Origin: Minisyncoccota bacterium
GTDB taxonomy: Bacteria > Patescibacteriota > Patescibacteriia > SG8-24 > DYFX01
Length of the DNA: 45,632 bases
Direction: 5' to 3'
Assembly: GCA_052034355.1 (NCBI GenBank)
Contig: JBPOIQ010000049.1
Coordinates: forward strand, 1-45,632
Shown: positions 1 through 7,890 of the stretch, piece after piece
Layout: the number at the start of each line of letters is the position of its first letter
How positions within the stretch are numbered: the first letter of the stretch is position 1
Program-made: the position numbers and the translations under genes
Notes under the pieces: generated by a model
The model's input: the letters and a program-made list of their open reading frames with translations, nothing else
The model's database searches: none
What the model was told of the DNA's origin: nothing

Positions 1-466
1 ACCGGGTGGGAAACCTTGCGGAACGCGTAGGTGATATAGAGCATGATCGCCAGAATGGCGCCAACGACGGCGTAGACCGTCTTCTTGCGAAGTTCTTCGC
101 CGATCAGAGGCCCGATCGATTCAAAGCGCTTCTCGACCAAAGTGGTGCCATCCTTTTCGTAGGTGCGCTTGAGTTCGGCGTACAGCTTCTGGTGTTCCGC
201 TTCTTCGATCGGGGGCATTCTCAGAACCATGCCGTTTTCCCCGAGCGGCTGTGCGGTCAATTCCTGGCTTCCGATATTCGCTTTCGCGACATCGACGACC
301 TGTTCGATAGAAGGACGGTTCTGCGAGAACTCAACCTCAAGGAGAGAGCCTCCGGTGAAGTCGATTCCCGGCTTGAGTCCCCAGACAAGCCAAGCAACGA
401 ACGAGAGACCCGTCAAAAGCCCGGAGAGGGTGTAGTAGATTCGGCGGTGATGCGTGATGCGCAGCA
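1..466 (-). CDS. secF: Protein translocase subunit SecF, N-terminal part (3' end runs off the window)
   Basis: Not in the ORF track because there is no stop in the window. My minus-strand translation from the ATG at 466-464 gives MLRITHHRRIYYTLSGLLTGLSFVAWLVWGLKPGIDFTGGSLLEVEF..., i.e. TM1 plus the GIDFTGGS motif typical of SecF. It starts 4 nt after the secD stop. Confidence 0.85.
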
Positions 467-470
467 TATT

Positions 471-2540
471 TTACTTGAACAGCCAGTGATATTTGGTAGT
501 CCACGGCGCAACCAAGCGAAGCAACGTGCGCGTCACGGTGATGGCGGAGAACATGGAGATCAAGATGCCGAGAGCGAGCGTGACCGCGAAGCCGCGCACC
601 GAGCTCGACGTGAAGGTGTAGAGAATCGCGCAGGTGATGAGCGACGAAATGTTGGAGTCGTAGATCGACGTCCAAGCGCGCTTGAAACCTTCGGAGATCG
701 CCGATTCAAGCGGACGTCCGTTTTTCAATTCTTCCTTCATGCGCTCGAAGATCAGGATGTTGGCGTCAACCGCCATACCGATCGAGAGGATGACACCGGC
801 GATGCCGGAGAGCGTGAGCGTGATACCCAACGTCTTGAAGACCGCCAAGCTGAAGCCGGTGTACATGAGGAGCGCGAGCGAGGCGATCAAGCCGGGCAGA
901 CGATAGTAGAGCGTCATGAAGATCACGACGATCAAGAAACCGATCATGCCGGCGTGCAAGCTCTTGGCAAGCGAGTCCTGGCCGAGCGAGGCGCCGATCG
1001 TCTGCTGGGAAAGCAGCTTGATCGGAACCGGGAGTGCGCCGGCGTTCAAGCGCTGTGACAAGAGTTTCGCCTCTTTGACGTCAAAGTCTCCCGAAATCAC
1101 CGCATTGCCATCGGCAATTTCCTGCTGAACGCGCGGAATGGAGATCGGTTCGCCGTCGAGATAGATCGCGATCAGTTTTCCGACGCTGCGCTTTGTCAGT
1201 TCGGCAAAGAGTTCCTTGCCTTCCGCATTGAACGTCAGGAGTACTTGCGGACGGTTGGTCGTTCGGTCGAATTCAACCTGCGCGCGCTGAACGTGTTTGC
1301 CGGACAAGCCGGTGTTCTTCCACGGGTCCGCTTCCGGCGCAACGTCGGTCGCCGTCGCCTTTTCGACGAGGATGCGATCGAGATCGTAGCGTACGAGCGG
1401 GCGCTCGCCGGACTTATAGATCAAGTGGTAACCGAACGGAGATTCGACGGGTTGGGAAATTTCTCCGGTCTTCAAAGCAAACGCGGCATCCTGGAATTCC
1501 TTGACCATCTGGCCTTCGCCAAACCAGCCGAGATCGCCGGCGTTGGTCTGCGCGGATCCATCGGTCGAATGCGTTTTTGCTTTTTCTCCGAAGTTTTTCG
1601 TGGTGACTTCGCCGCGCAACGTGGTGATCTGCGCCAACGCCTGCTCTTTGGTGAGCGGTTCAGCACAGCCCTGCGCGCCTTCCCAGCAAATCAAGATATG
1701 GCTCGCGCGGACTTCTTTCGAGGCAGCATCGCGCGCATTGACGCGCACGACGTTCCAGCCGGTCGAATCCTCGACCAGCGTTCCGGAAATCTTGGCGCCA
1801 CGATGCGCTTCAGCCCACTTCCAAAGCTCGGGCTGCTGCGATTCACCGACGAGTCCGAGCTTCGTCCATGCAAGGGATGCATCGTTCGGGTTCAAGAGCG
1901 CTTTGCGAAGCGTGTCGTTCGCCTGCTTCTTGAGATCAGCGTTTTTCTTATCGAGTTCCTTTTGCTGTTCAGAAGTCAGGGGGATGTTCTCCACCGGATT
2001 CTCCTCCTTGAATTCAAGGATCGGGGTTTCACCGATCATGCGGATCGCCTGACTCACGTCGCTGACACCAGCGAGTTCGACGATGATGCGCCAGCGATCG
2101 TTCGTCTTGTTGGTTTGGACGATCGGTTCGGCAACGCCGAATGCGTTCACGCGGCGTTCAATGACGTCGCGCACACCTTCCATGGCGGCATCGCGTTCGC
2201 TCGCGGCAATATCGGCCGTGTCAGCCTCATACACGAGATGCGTACCGCCCTGAAGATCGAGTCCGAGACGGAACGGAACGTTCTTGAAGTGCGGAGCCTT
2301 GAGAACGCCCGGAAGCTTGTAAGCTTCGACGACTTTCGTGTTCCAAGCATCGGCGCCGCGATCCCAAACGTTCGGGTACGACAAGAGACCGGCCAATCCA
2401 GCAAGGACGAGCACGATCAAGGCACCCCAGCGGACCTTGCCGCGAGGAGATGGTTTCACGAGCCTGCCGAGCAATTTACCGAGCCAGACGAACGGAACGG
2501 ACACGTAATAAAAAAACGATCGGCCGCGACGAGTAGTCAT
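471..2540 (-). CDS. secD: Protein translocase subunit SecD with an internal parvulin-type PPIase insert
   Basis: ORF 471..2630 trimmed to the ATG at 2540 (MTTRRGRSFFYY...); the track start is a TTG inside the putative promoter. It has an N-terminal TM, the P1 motif LGLDLQGGTHLVYE and a C-terminal multi-TM SecD core (GMAVDANILIFERMKEE). It is followed directly by secF. Confidence 0.9.
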   Translation of the reverse strand: MTTRRGRSFFYYVSVPFVWLGKLLGRLVKPSPRGKVRWGALIVLVLAGLAGLLSYPNVWDRGADAWNTKVVEAYKLPGVLKAPHFKNVPFRLGLDLQGGTHLVYEADTADIAASERDAAMEGVRDVIERRVNAFGVAEPIVQTNKTNDRWRIIVELAGVSDVSQAIRMIGETPILEFKEENPVENIPLTSEQQKELDKKNADLKKQANDTLRKALLNPNDASLAWTKLGLVGESQQPELWKWAEAHRGAKISGTLVEDSTGWNVVRVNARDAASKEVRASHILICWEGAQGCAEPLTKEQALAQITTLRGEVTTKNFGEKAKTHSTDGSAQTNAGDLGWFGEGQMVKEFQDAAFALKTGEISQPVESPFGYHLIYKSGERPLVRYDLDRILVEKATATDVAPEADPWKNTGLSGKHVQRAQVEFDRTTNRPQVLLTFNAEGKELFAELTKRSVGKLIAIYLDGEPISIPRVQQEIADGNAVISGDFDVKEAKLLSQRLNAGALPVPIKLLSQQTIGASLGQDSLAKSLHAGMIGFLIVVIFMTLYYRLPGLIASLALLMYTGFSLAVFKTLGITLTLSGIAGVILSIGMAVDANILIFERMKEELKNGRPLESAISEGFKRAWTSIYDSNISSLITCAILYTFTSSSVRGFAVTLALGILISMFSAITVTRTLLRLVAPWTTKYHWLFK

Positions 2541-2601
2541 ACGGGAAAATCTGGGGATCAAAGTCAGATCAGAACGTCCGAACAATCCACAATACGGAGG
2601 C

Positions 2602-2630
2602 AGTATAATGAAGCGCGCGGAAAAAGGCAA
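2602..2630 (-). promoter_or_regulatory. Putative sigma70-like promoter of secDF (-35 TTGCCT, 17 nt spacer, -10 TATACT on the minus strand)
   Basis: The reverse complement of 2602-2630 reads TTGCCT-N17-TATACT, about 60 nt upstream of the secD ATG. This is motif inspection only. Confidence 0.35.
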
Positions 2631-2651
2631 CGAGGCAAAAACCCTTGATAA

Positions 2652-2680
2652 TTGACAATGGGCGCCCGAGAACCTAGGCT
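2652..2680 (+). promoter_or_regulatory. Putative promoter (-35 TTGACA, 17 nt spacer, -10 TAGGCT) for the 2709 gene
   Basis: TTGACA at 2652-2657 and TAGGCT at 2675-2680. AAGGAGG at 2697-2703 precedes the ATG at 2709. Confidence 0.35.
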
Positions 2681-2708
2681 GTGAGGACGTGCAACCAAGG
2701 AGGCTACG

Positions 2709-3170
2709 ATGAAGGATCCGGAGTCATTCGTCATCCCGAACATCGGCAAGGGCTACGGCAAGGGGCTCAAGAAGCTGTTCGTCACGTTCTGGATATTCGC
2801 GGCGCTGTTCGGAAGCGCCGTTGCGGTGGGGTTAGGCCTCTATCGCAACGACTGGATCGTGTACATCTCACGCGTCTCTGACGATACGCAGGAAATTGGC
2901 CAATGGATTGCTCTCGGCGCCGCATACGCGGCGGCCGGCATCCTCAGCTTCTACGGCCTGCTCACCGTCTTCGCGAAACGACAATGGCTGCTCCTTCTTC
3001 CCTACCTCGCCGCCGCCGGAAGCTTTCCGGCTCTTCTCTACGCTCCGCACTGGGCACCCTTCGCCTTTGGCGCCGCCGCACTCGCGCTCGGCGTGATCAC
3101 GCTCAAGATCGTCGATCTGCGCGATCAGAAGCAGAAGGGCGCAGTTCGAAAAAAGGCTGCATCGAAATAG
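2709..3170 (+). CDS. Hypothetical small integral membrane protein
   Basis: 153 aa with about 4 hydrophobic helices (FVTFWIFAALFGSAVAVGLGL, WIALGAAYAAAGILSFYGLL, ...). It has a strong SD (AAGGAGG) and a hairpin plus T-tract after the stop. I recognise no family. Confidence 0.6.
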   Translation: MKDPESFVIPNIGKGYGKGLKKLFVTFWIFAALFGSAVAVGLGLYRNDWIVYISRVSDDTQEIGQWIALGAAYAAAGILSFYGLLTVFAKRQWLLLLPYLAAAGSFPALLYAPHWAPFAFGAAALALGVITLKIVDLRDQKQKGAVRKKAASK

Positions 3171-3176
3171 TATCGG

Positions 3177-3203
3177 CTCCGACAAGCGTCGGGGTCTTTT
3201 TTT
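3177..3203 (+). terminator. Rho-independent terminator
   Basis: Stem CTCCGAC/GTCGGGG (one G-U pair), loop AAGC, then a T7 tract, immediately after the stop at 3170. Confidence 0.6.
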
Positions 3204-3762
3204 ACTCGGATATGCGCTTTTCAAAATCTTTCCAAGAAGCCGTCACCAAAATGTCTCGCGGAAGAGTGAGGCGCGGCGCGATGCCGTCGACATCGAACAG
3301 CACGCGTTGCAACTCCGTCGGCAGATGCGTGAGATACGAAAGTTTGTCGTCCAAAAAAACGGAGATACCGAGACGCTCGCAATGTGCGCGTTTACCCCGA
3401 CCCTCTTCACAAAAAATAACACGCTCAAAGGGAATAACTTCATCAAGATGATGTCGTTTCATCCAGAGTCGCGGATACGACTCGTTCTCCGGACGCCGCG
3501 CCGAAATGATGTACGGCTCCCCCGGCAAACGGGCAATGACCTCGAGGGCGTCGGCGAGCGGAGGCGCTTCAAGAGTCATCTCCCCGTAAATCTCTCGCTG
3601 CAATATCCTGTACGCCTCTTCCGAAAGGAACTCCCGAAGAACGTTCGAGTTCAACTGCCATCCTTCAAGCTCAAGACCGAGCGCTTGTACCAGTCGCGCC
3701 TTCTGCGGATGGTGATTGGCGATCACGCCGTCGAAATCGATGCCGATGCGCAACGGGTTCAT
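3202..3762 (-). CDS. HAD-superfamily hydrolase, 5'(3')-deoxyribonucleotidase (NT5C)-like
   Basis: N-terminal motif I IGIDFDGVIANH (DxDxV) and a later FLDDK acidic motif; size about 186 aa. The start is ambiguous (ATG at 3762 or 3783); 3783 abuts the T-tract of the upstream hairpin. Confidence 0.6.
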   Translation of the reverse strand: MNPLRIGIDFDGVIANHHPQKARLVQALGLELEGWQLNSNVLREFLSEEAYRILQREIYGEMTLEAPPLADALEVIARLPGEPYIISARRPENESYPRLWMKRHHLDEVIPFERVIFCEEGRGKRAHCERLGISVFLDDKLSYLTHLPTELQRVLFDVDGIAPRLTLPRDILVTASWKDFEKRISE

Positions 3763-3783
3763 ATCGATTACAAGATACCACAT

Positions 3784-3803
3784 AAAAAACCCGCCGTAGG
3801 GCG
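3784..3803 (-). terminator. Possible terminator or attenuator hairpin between the kinase-like gene and the HAD gene
   Basis: The minus strand reads CTCGCC-CTAC-GGCGGG followed by T6, directly after the stop at 3806. Confidence 0.4.
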
Positions 3804-3805
3804 AG

Positions 3806-4540
3806 TTACTTGATCGTCATGAGACGATATTCGAACGCTGTAGCGAGATCGTTCAGGACCAGCCGCAGCACCTCCTGTGGGGTCGACGGGGTCGTGTCGT
3901 GCCAAACCATGCGTCGATCGTTGTCGCCGTCGAGGCGCTTCCAAACGACTCGATGCACTTCGCCGAGCAACTCGAGTGTCGCCAGGTTCATGGTTTCTCC
4001 AGGCTTATCGGTCACCCCATGCGTCACTTCGCGCTCTAGTGCCGCTTGCGCGTCGCAGACCATGCACACGTGCAAGTCGTAAAGACTCCGGAGTGTTTCG
4101 GTGCGATACGCGGCCTCGAAAGCATCACGATCCTTTTCCGTCAGCTTGCCTTTGCGGAACCAGTATTCCAACCACGCGATACCGTCCATGAGACCACGAT
4201 CGCTGATTACGATCTCAAGATCGCTCTCGAGCCGATCAGTGATCTCATTAAGAGCATAACGGCAAGTCTGCAGGTTGTAGTGCGGCGTCTTGCGCGACAC
4301 GCGGTCGATAACCTCGGCGCCTTCCGGGCGATACGTCACCTTCCAGCCGAGACGCTTCAGGAAGTTTGAAGCGGCGACCTGCACGGTCGTCTTGAAGGCC
4401 TTAGGTGTACCCCAGATCTCCAAGCCGAACGGTCGAACCCACACACCATCGAGTCGCAGGCGGTGCAGCGACTGGAGGATGCGCAGGAATCGGTTCTCGA
4501 GTTCCAAACGATGCGATGAAAGATCTTGCGGAGCCGTCAT
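3806..4540 (-). CDS. Hypothetical protein, nucleoside/nucleotide-kinase-like with a degenerate P-loop
   Basis: ORF 3806..4693 trimmed to the ATG at 4540, which is preceded by GGAGGAGG. WGTPKAFKTT resembles a Walker A with Phe in place of the second Gly. VISDRGLMDGIAW resembles the DR(Y/H) motif of dNK/dNMP kinases. The family call is weak. Confidence 0.5.
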   Translation of the reverse strand: MTAPQDLSSHRLELENRFLRILQSLHRLRLDGVWVRPFGLEIWGTPKAFKTTVQVAASNFLKRLGWKVTYRPEGAEVIDRVSRKTPHYNLQTCRYALNEITDRLESDLEIVISDRGLMDGIAWLEYWFRKGKLTEKDRDAFEAAYRTETLRSLYDLHVCMVCDAQAALEREVTHGVTDKPGETMNLATLELLGEVHRVVWKRLDGDNDRRMVWHDTTPSTPQEVLRLVLNDLATAFEYRLMTIK

Positions 4541-4628
4541 ACGTCCTCCTCCCACGATGGGCTGAAAAAACAATACCGACCCGGCGCGGGAAGCGCCAGG
4601 TCGGTTTATCCACTCTTTCTCAAGAGGT

Positions 4629-5267
4629 TTAACGAAGGGAGATGCTGCAGTCGGAACCCTCGGCGCAAAGATACGAAAGCGAAAGCTCGTCAAACAATGC
4701 GGGCCGGAGGGAAGAAATAAACGCGGTGAGTTTTACAGTCTTTCCGTCCTTCAGCACCTCGACCAGATCAGCCTTCGAGGGTTCGCGCGTCTCGTCGTAC
4801 GGAATGCTCGGCAAAACCGGCACGTCATTCAACTCGAAGAGAAGGCTCGTGACGCCGGACGCGGGCGTCGCCAACGATCGAGGGCGAAACAAATGGCCGC
4901 CGGCATCGTTGAACTTCACGAAGACGCTTTCGTATTTGGTGAGCGGCTTTCCGTCGACCGAAGCCTTCACGGTCAAAAAGGCCTTGCTGACGTTCCCAAG
5001 AACGACGAGCGACGCGCTTCTTGTTTTTTCCGGCTCGACTTTTGCGCCCGGCGTCCAGCTCGCGAAGTCCTTGGCGAGATCAAGCTGGCGCATGCCGGCG
5101 AGATCCTGATACTCCTGCGTTTCCTTCGTTTCTACCGGAGCGGCAGCTTCCGGCACCGGACCGGAGGCGTTGCGGTTTTTGAGAGCGACGCCGAAGAGAA
5201 TCAGCGCCGCCACGATGAACACGACGGAAATCGCCGCGTTCAATTTTTGAATCGATTTTTCTTCCAT
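4629..5267 (-). CDS. Hypothetical N-terminally membrane-anchored extracytoplasmic protein
   Basis: 212 aa with a single N-terminal hydrophobic helix (AAISVVFIVAALILFGVAL), then a soluble beta-rich region. I recognise no family. Confidence 0.55.
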   Translation of the reverse strand: MEEKSIQKLNAAISVVFIVAALILFGVALKNRNASGPVPEAAAPVETKETQEYQDLAGMRQLDLAKDFASWTPGAKVEPEKTRSASLVVLGNVSKAFLTVKASVDGKPLTKYESVFVKFNDAGGHLFRPRSLATPASGVTSLLFELNDVPVLPSIPYDETREPSKADLVEVLKDGKTVKLTAFISSLRPALFDELSLSYLCAEGSDCSISLR

Positions 5268-5282
5268 ACGGAGGACGAATCG

Positions 5283-5699
5283 TTAGGCCGCAAAATCCGG
5301 TTCATGGACTTCAGCGGCGGATTTCGACGAGCGCTCCTCCTGCATCTCATCGTCTTTTTTAAACGAAACGGCGAACTTCGGAACCCAGCGTGCATTGTAC
5401 TCGTCAACGATTTGTACCGTCTCCCCCTTCACGTACATGTTGAGGGCCAACTCCGAGAGCATCTCGCGGTCGGACTTGATGTCGAGCGCCAGCAAGTCGA
5501 GCTTCTGCGCATCTGCTGAAGAAGCTGCCCAGACCTGGTTCTCGATCGACTTTTTTTCTTCTTTCAAGACCTTGAGCTGCTCGGCGATCTGCTGGTACCG
5601 AGGGTTGTTGGCGAGTTCGTCCTTGAACGCCTTCTGCAATTCGCTCTTTTCCCGGGCTTTCACGCGCAAACGGCCGTGCACTTCTTCTAGACTGGGCAT
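5283..5699 (-). CDS. Hypothetical coiled-coil protein
   Basis: 138 aa. The K/E/Q-rich heptad-like N-terminal half (ELQKAFKDELANNPRYQQIAEQLKVLKEEKKSIENQ) has coding-like composition. I recognise no family. Confidence 0.5.
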   Translation of the reverse strand: MPSLEEVHGRLRVKAREKSELQKAFKDELANNPRYQQIAEQLKVLKEEKKSIENQVWAASSADAQKLDLLALDIKSDREMLSELALNMYVKGETVQIVDEYNARWVPKFAVSFKKDDEMQEERSSKSAAEVHEPDFAA

Positions 5700-5768
5700 A
5701 GTGGCGGGTGGGGATAAAAAATCCGATGGCGAGATTTTACCATCGGAACGCAGCGATGACCAACCGAG

Positions 5769-6383
5769 TCAAGATTGCCGCAAACGCGCGAGATATTTGA
5801 TGAAGACCGTGCTGCCGGAACGTGAGGACGTGCGTTCGAAGGCGCGAACCTCGAACCGCGGGGCGAGAAAGGAACGAAACTCGTCGTCGCCGAAGTAGCT
5901 GAAATACCGGCGCGCGCCCTGATACTCATCGTCCGCCATGAGCCCCTCGCCATCCCCTTCTTTCACCGCGCAGGCAAAAATGCCGGACGGTTCGAGATGG
6001 CGCGCGATCCGTTCAAGCGCGTTCGGAATTCCAGCCTTCGAAAGATGCAGCAGGCAAGCATTCGCCCAAATGCCGTCGAAACGACAACCGAGCTCGAACG
6101 TCTCAAGATCGAGTTGTTCGGCCCGGAGACCCTTGCTGCGACACAGCTCGACCATTCGAGACGACAGGTCGCCGCACAGGACGCTGAAGCCCCGTTTCGA
6201 AAACTCCTGGGCGTAGTTCCCAGGACCGGAACCAAGATCCAGAATCCGCGCGCCCGCTGGCAACGTACTAAGGAAACGATCGACGTGCGTCATGTTGTAT
6301 CGACGCATGTGCCGTTCGAATTCGACATCGAACGCACGATAGTGCTCGTCGTACGTTGCCATGGTCTCTTGCTTGTCTTTCAT
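5769..6383 (-). CDS. Class I SAM-dependent methyltransferase
   Basis: ORF 5769..6554 trimmed to the ATG at 6383 (MKDKQETMATYDEHY), which removes the overlap with the flippase gene. The SAM motif I is ILDLGSGPGNYA. Confidence 0.75.
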   Translation of the reverse strand: MKDKQETMATYDEHYRAFDVEFERHMRRYNMTHVDRFLSTLPAGARILDLGSGPGNYAQEFSKRGFSVLCGDLSSRMVELCRSKGLRAEQLDLETFELGCRFDGIWANACLLHLSKAGIPNALERIARHLEPSGIFACAVKEGDGEGLMADDEYQGARRYFSYFGDDEFRSFLAPRFEVRAFERTSSRSGSTVFIKYLARLRQS

Positions 6384-6480
6384 GAAACCTCCGCGATAGT
6401 TCACAAAAGAACACGGAACGATCCTAGCGCACGCGCAGAAGACCGGCAATGCACGGCGACCGAAACGGCGCTCCCACCCG

Positions 6481-7851
6481 TCACCGTATGCGCGCAGCGT
6501 CTTCGTCTGAGGTTTCCGGAACAAACGTGGTAAGGGATCGATTCGAATGATCAAGGCGGCGAAGTTCGTTGCGCAAAAAGAACATGCCGTTTATGGCCAC
6601 GATTCCGTTACTAGCAAGTTTTGCGAGAATCACGCCGAGCAAGCCGCCAAAAGTCACGCCAGCAACAATCGAAACGATTCGAAAAATACTTGTAACGGTG
6701 CCGCTGACATATAGCGGTCGAATCATTTTTTGTGCCTGAGCCACATAGGCTCCATACGTCATCGGCACCCAAAATATCAAATTCAAAGAGATGATTTGCG
6801 AGTAGTGAAGCGCGGAAAGATATTGAGGAAACAACCAGCGAAAAACGATGGGAGCCGCGACAATATAAACGGTTGCCGCCAAAAGTCCCGCGCAAGCCAA
6901 TTGAAAAAAACGCAGAAAGAGCGAACGTTCAAGCGAGTTCGCGTCTTTGTTCGCGATTTTCGGCGAAATCGTCGCGCTTATGTTTTTAGCGAACTTTTTA
7001 ATACGATCCGGCATGAGGCTGGCAAACGTATACGTTGCCAACTGCCCCGCTCCGACGTAGTGAAAGACAACGACATTGTCGCACTGCTGCGCAACAAGAG
7101 ACAGGACATTGATGACGCTCAGGTGCTTCCCAAAACCCCAGGCTTCAGCATACGCCTGCGATTGTCCTTCGACGGGGGCATAGATCCTCAGCGTTCTCCA
7201 GTAAAAATAGGCCGTAAGCAGAAGGTTGCTGAGTCCATAGACCACCACAAGCCCGATAACGCTCCGGAAGAGGAGCATGGACAGAGCCATGGCTATCGAG
7301 TAAAGAGCCGTGTTGACGATGGAAAACCGCGTCGCTGTCTTAAAGTCTTTTTTTCCAGACAAAAAAGCCGTGTAGGTATTGAGCGCCCAGGCAGGAGGAA
7401 CCGTCACGCCCAAGATAGCCATCGAAAGGGCGAGCAGTGTGTTACCGCGCACATAGAGATACGCCGCGATCGCAAACATCAATGCCCCGCTCAGCGAATT
7501 CCATACCGCTTGCGCGCGTACCACCTTCCTCAAAATACCGTCGTCGCCGCGGGCAACGGCGCGGGCAACGGCGGTGTTCATGCCAGTGAGCGACAAGGAG
7601 CTGGCAAGTCCGACAAGGGAGAGCGCGTAGCGATAGATGCCGTAAGTTTCCTTATCGAGCACATTGGCCGCGACGACCGCGACCGCAACTCCTAAAACGC
7701 TCGTCACGAAAAAATTCAAACCCGACCAGGCGCCGTTTTTTACCAGGTAGGTCATGTCCGTCCTGACGTGCTTCTGCGACCAAGCAAGCAAGACTTGCAA
7801 TACCGATCTTAAACGAGGATGCATCGATTTTAGTGTAAGCCAGGCATTCAT
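6481..7851 (-). CDS. Polysaccharide/oligosaccharide flippase, Wzx-like (MOP superfamily)
   Basis: 456 aa and about 12-14 TM helices with the typical Wzx layout. It lies between a glycan-related gene and a methyltransferase. An alternative start at 7755 (MTYLVKNGAWSG) is possible. Confidence 0.75.
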   Translation of the reverse strand: MNAWLTLKSMHPRLRSVLQVLLAWSQKHVRTDMTYLVKNGAWSGLNFFVTSVLGVAVAVVAANVLDKETYGIYRYALSLVGLASSLSLTGMNTAVARAVARGDDGILRKVVRAQAVWNSLSGALMFAIAAYLYVRGNTLLALSMAILGVTVPPAWALNTYTAFLSGKKDFKTATRFSIVNTALYSIAMALSMLLFRSVIGLVVVYGLSNLLLTAYFYWRTLRIYAPVEGQSQAYAEAWGFGKHLSVINVLSLVAQQCDNVVVFHYVGAGQLATYTFASLMPDRIKKFAKNISATISPKIANKDANSLERSLFLRFFQLACAGLLAATVYIVAAPIVFRWLFPQYLSALHYSQIISLNLIFWVPMTYGAYVAQAQKMIRPLYVSGTVTSIFRIVSIVAGVTFGGLLGVILAKLASNGIVAINGMFFLRNELRRLDHSNRSLTTFVPETSDEDAARIR

Positions 7852-7890
7852 TTAGGCAAAGACAGGCGCCGAGAGGCGGCGGGTTTTACG

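Noticed and set aside
6-1058. 350-aa + strand ORF at the left edge
   Set aside because: It lies antisense to secF/secD. Its composition is R/D/E/G-rich and junk-like, while the minus strand gives clean SecF and SecD sequence. This is a typical high-GC shadow ORF.
1245-2648. 467-aa + strand ORF
   Set aside because: Antisense shadow of secD. It has an R-rich low-information sequence and no motifs.
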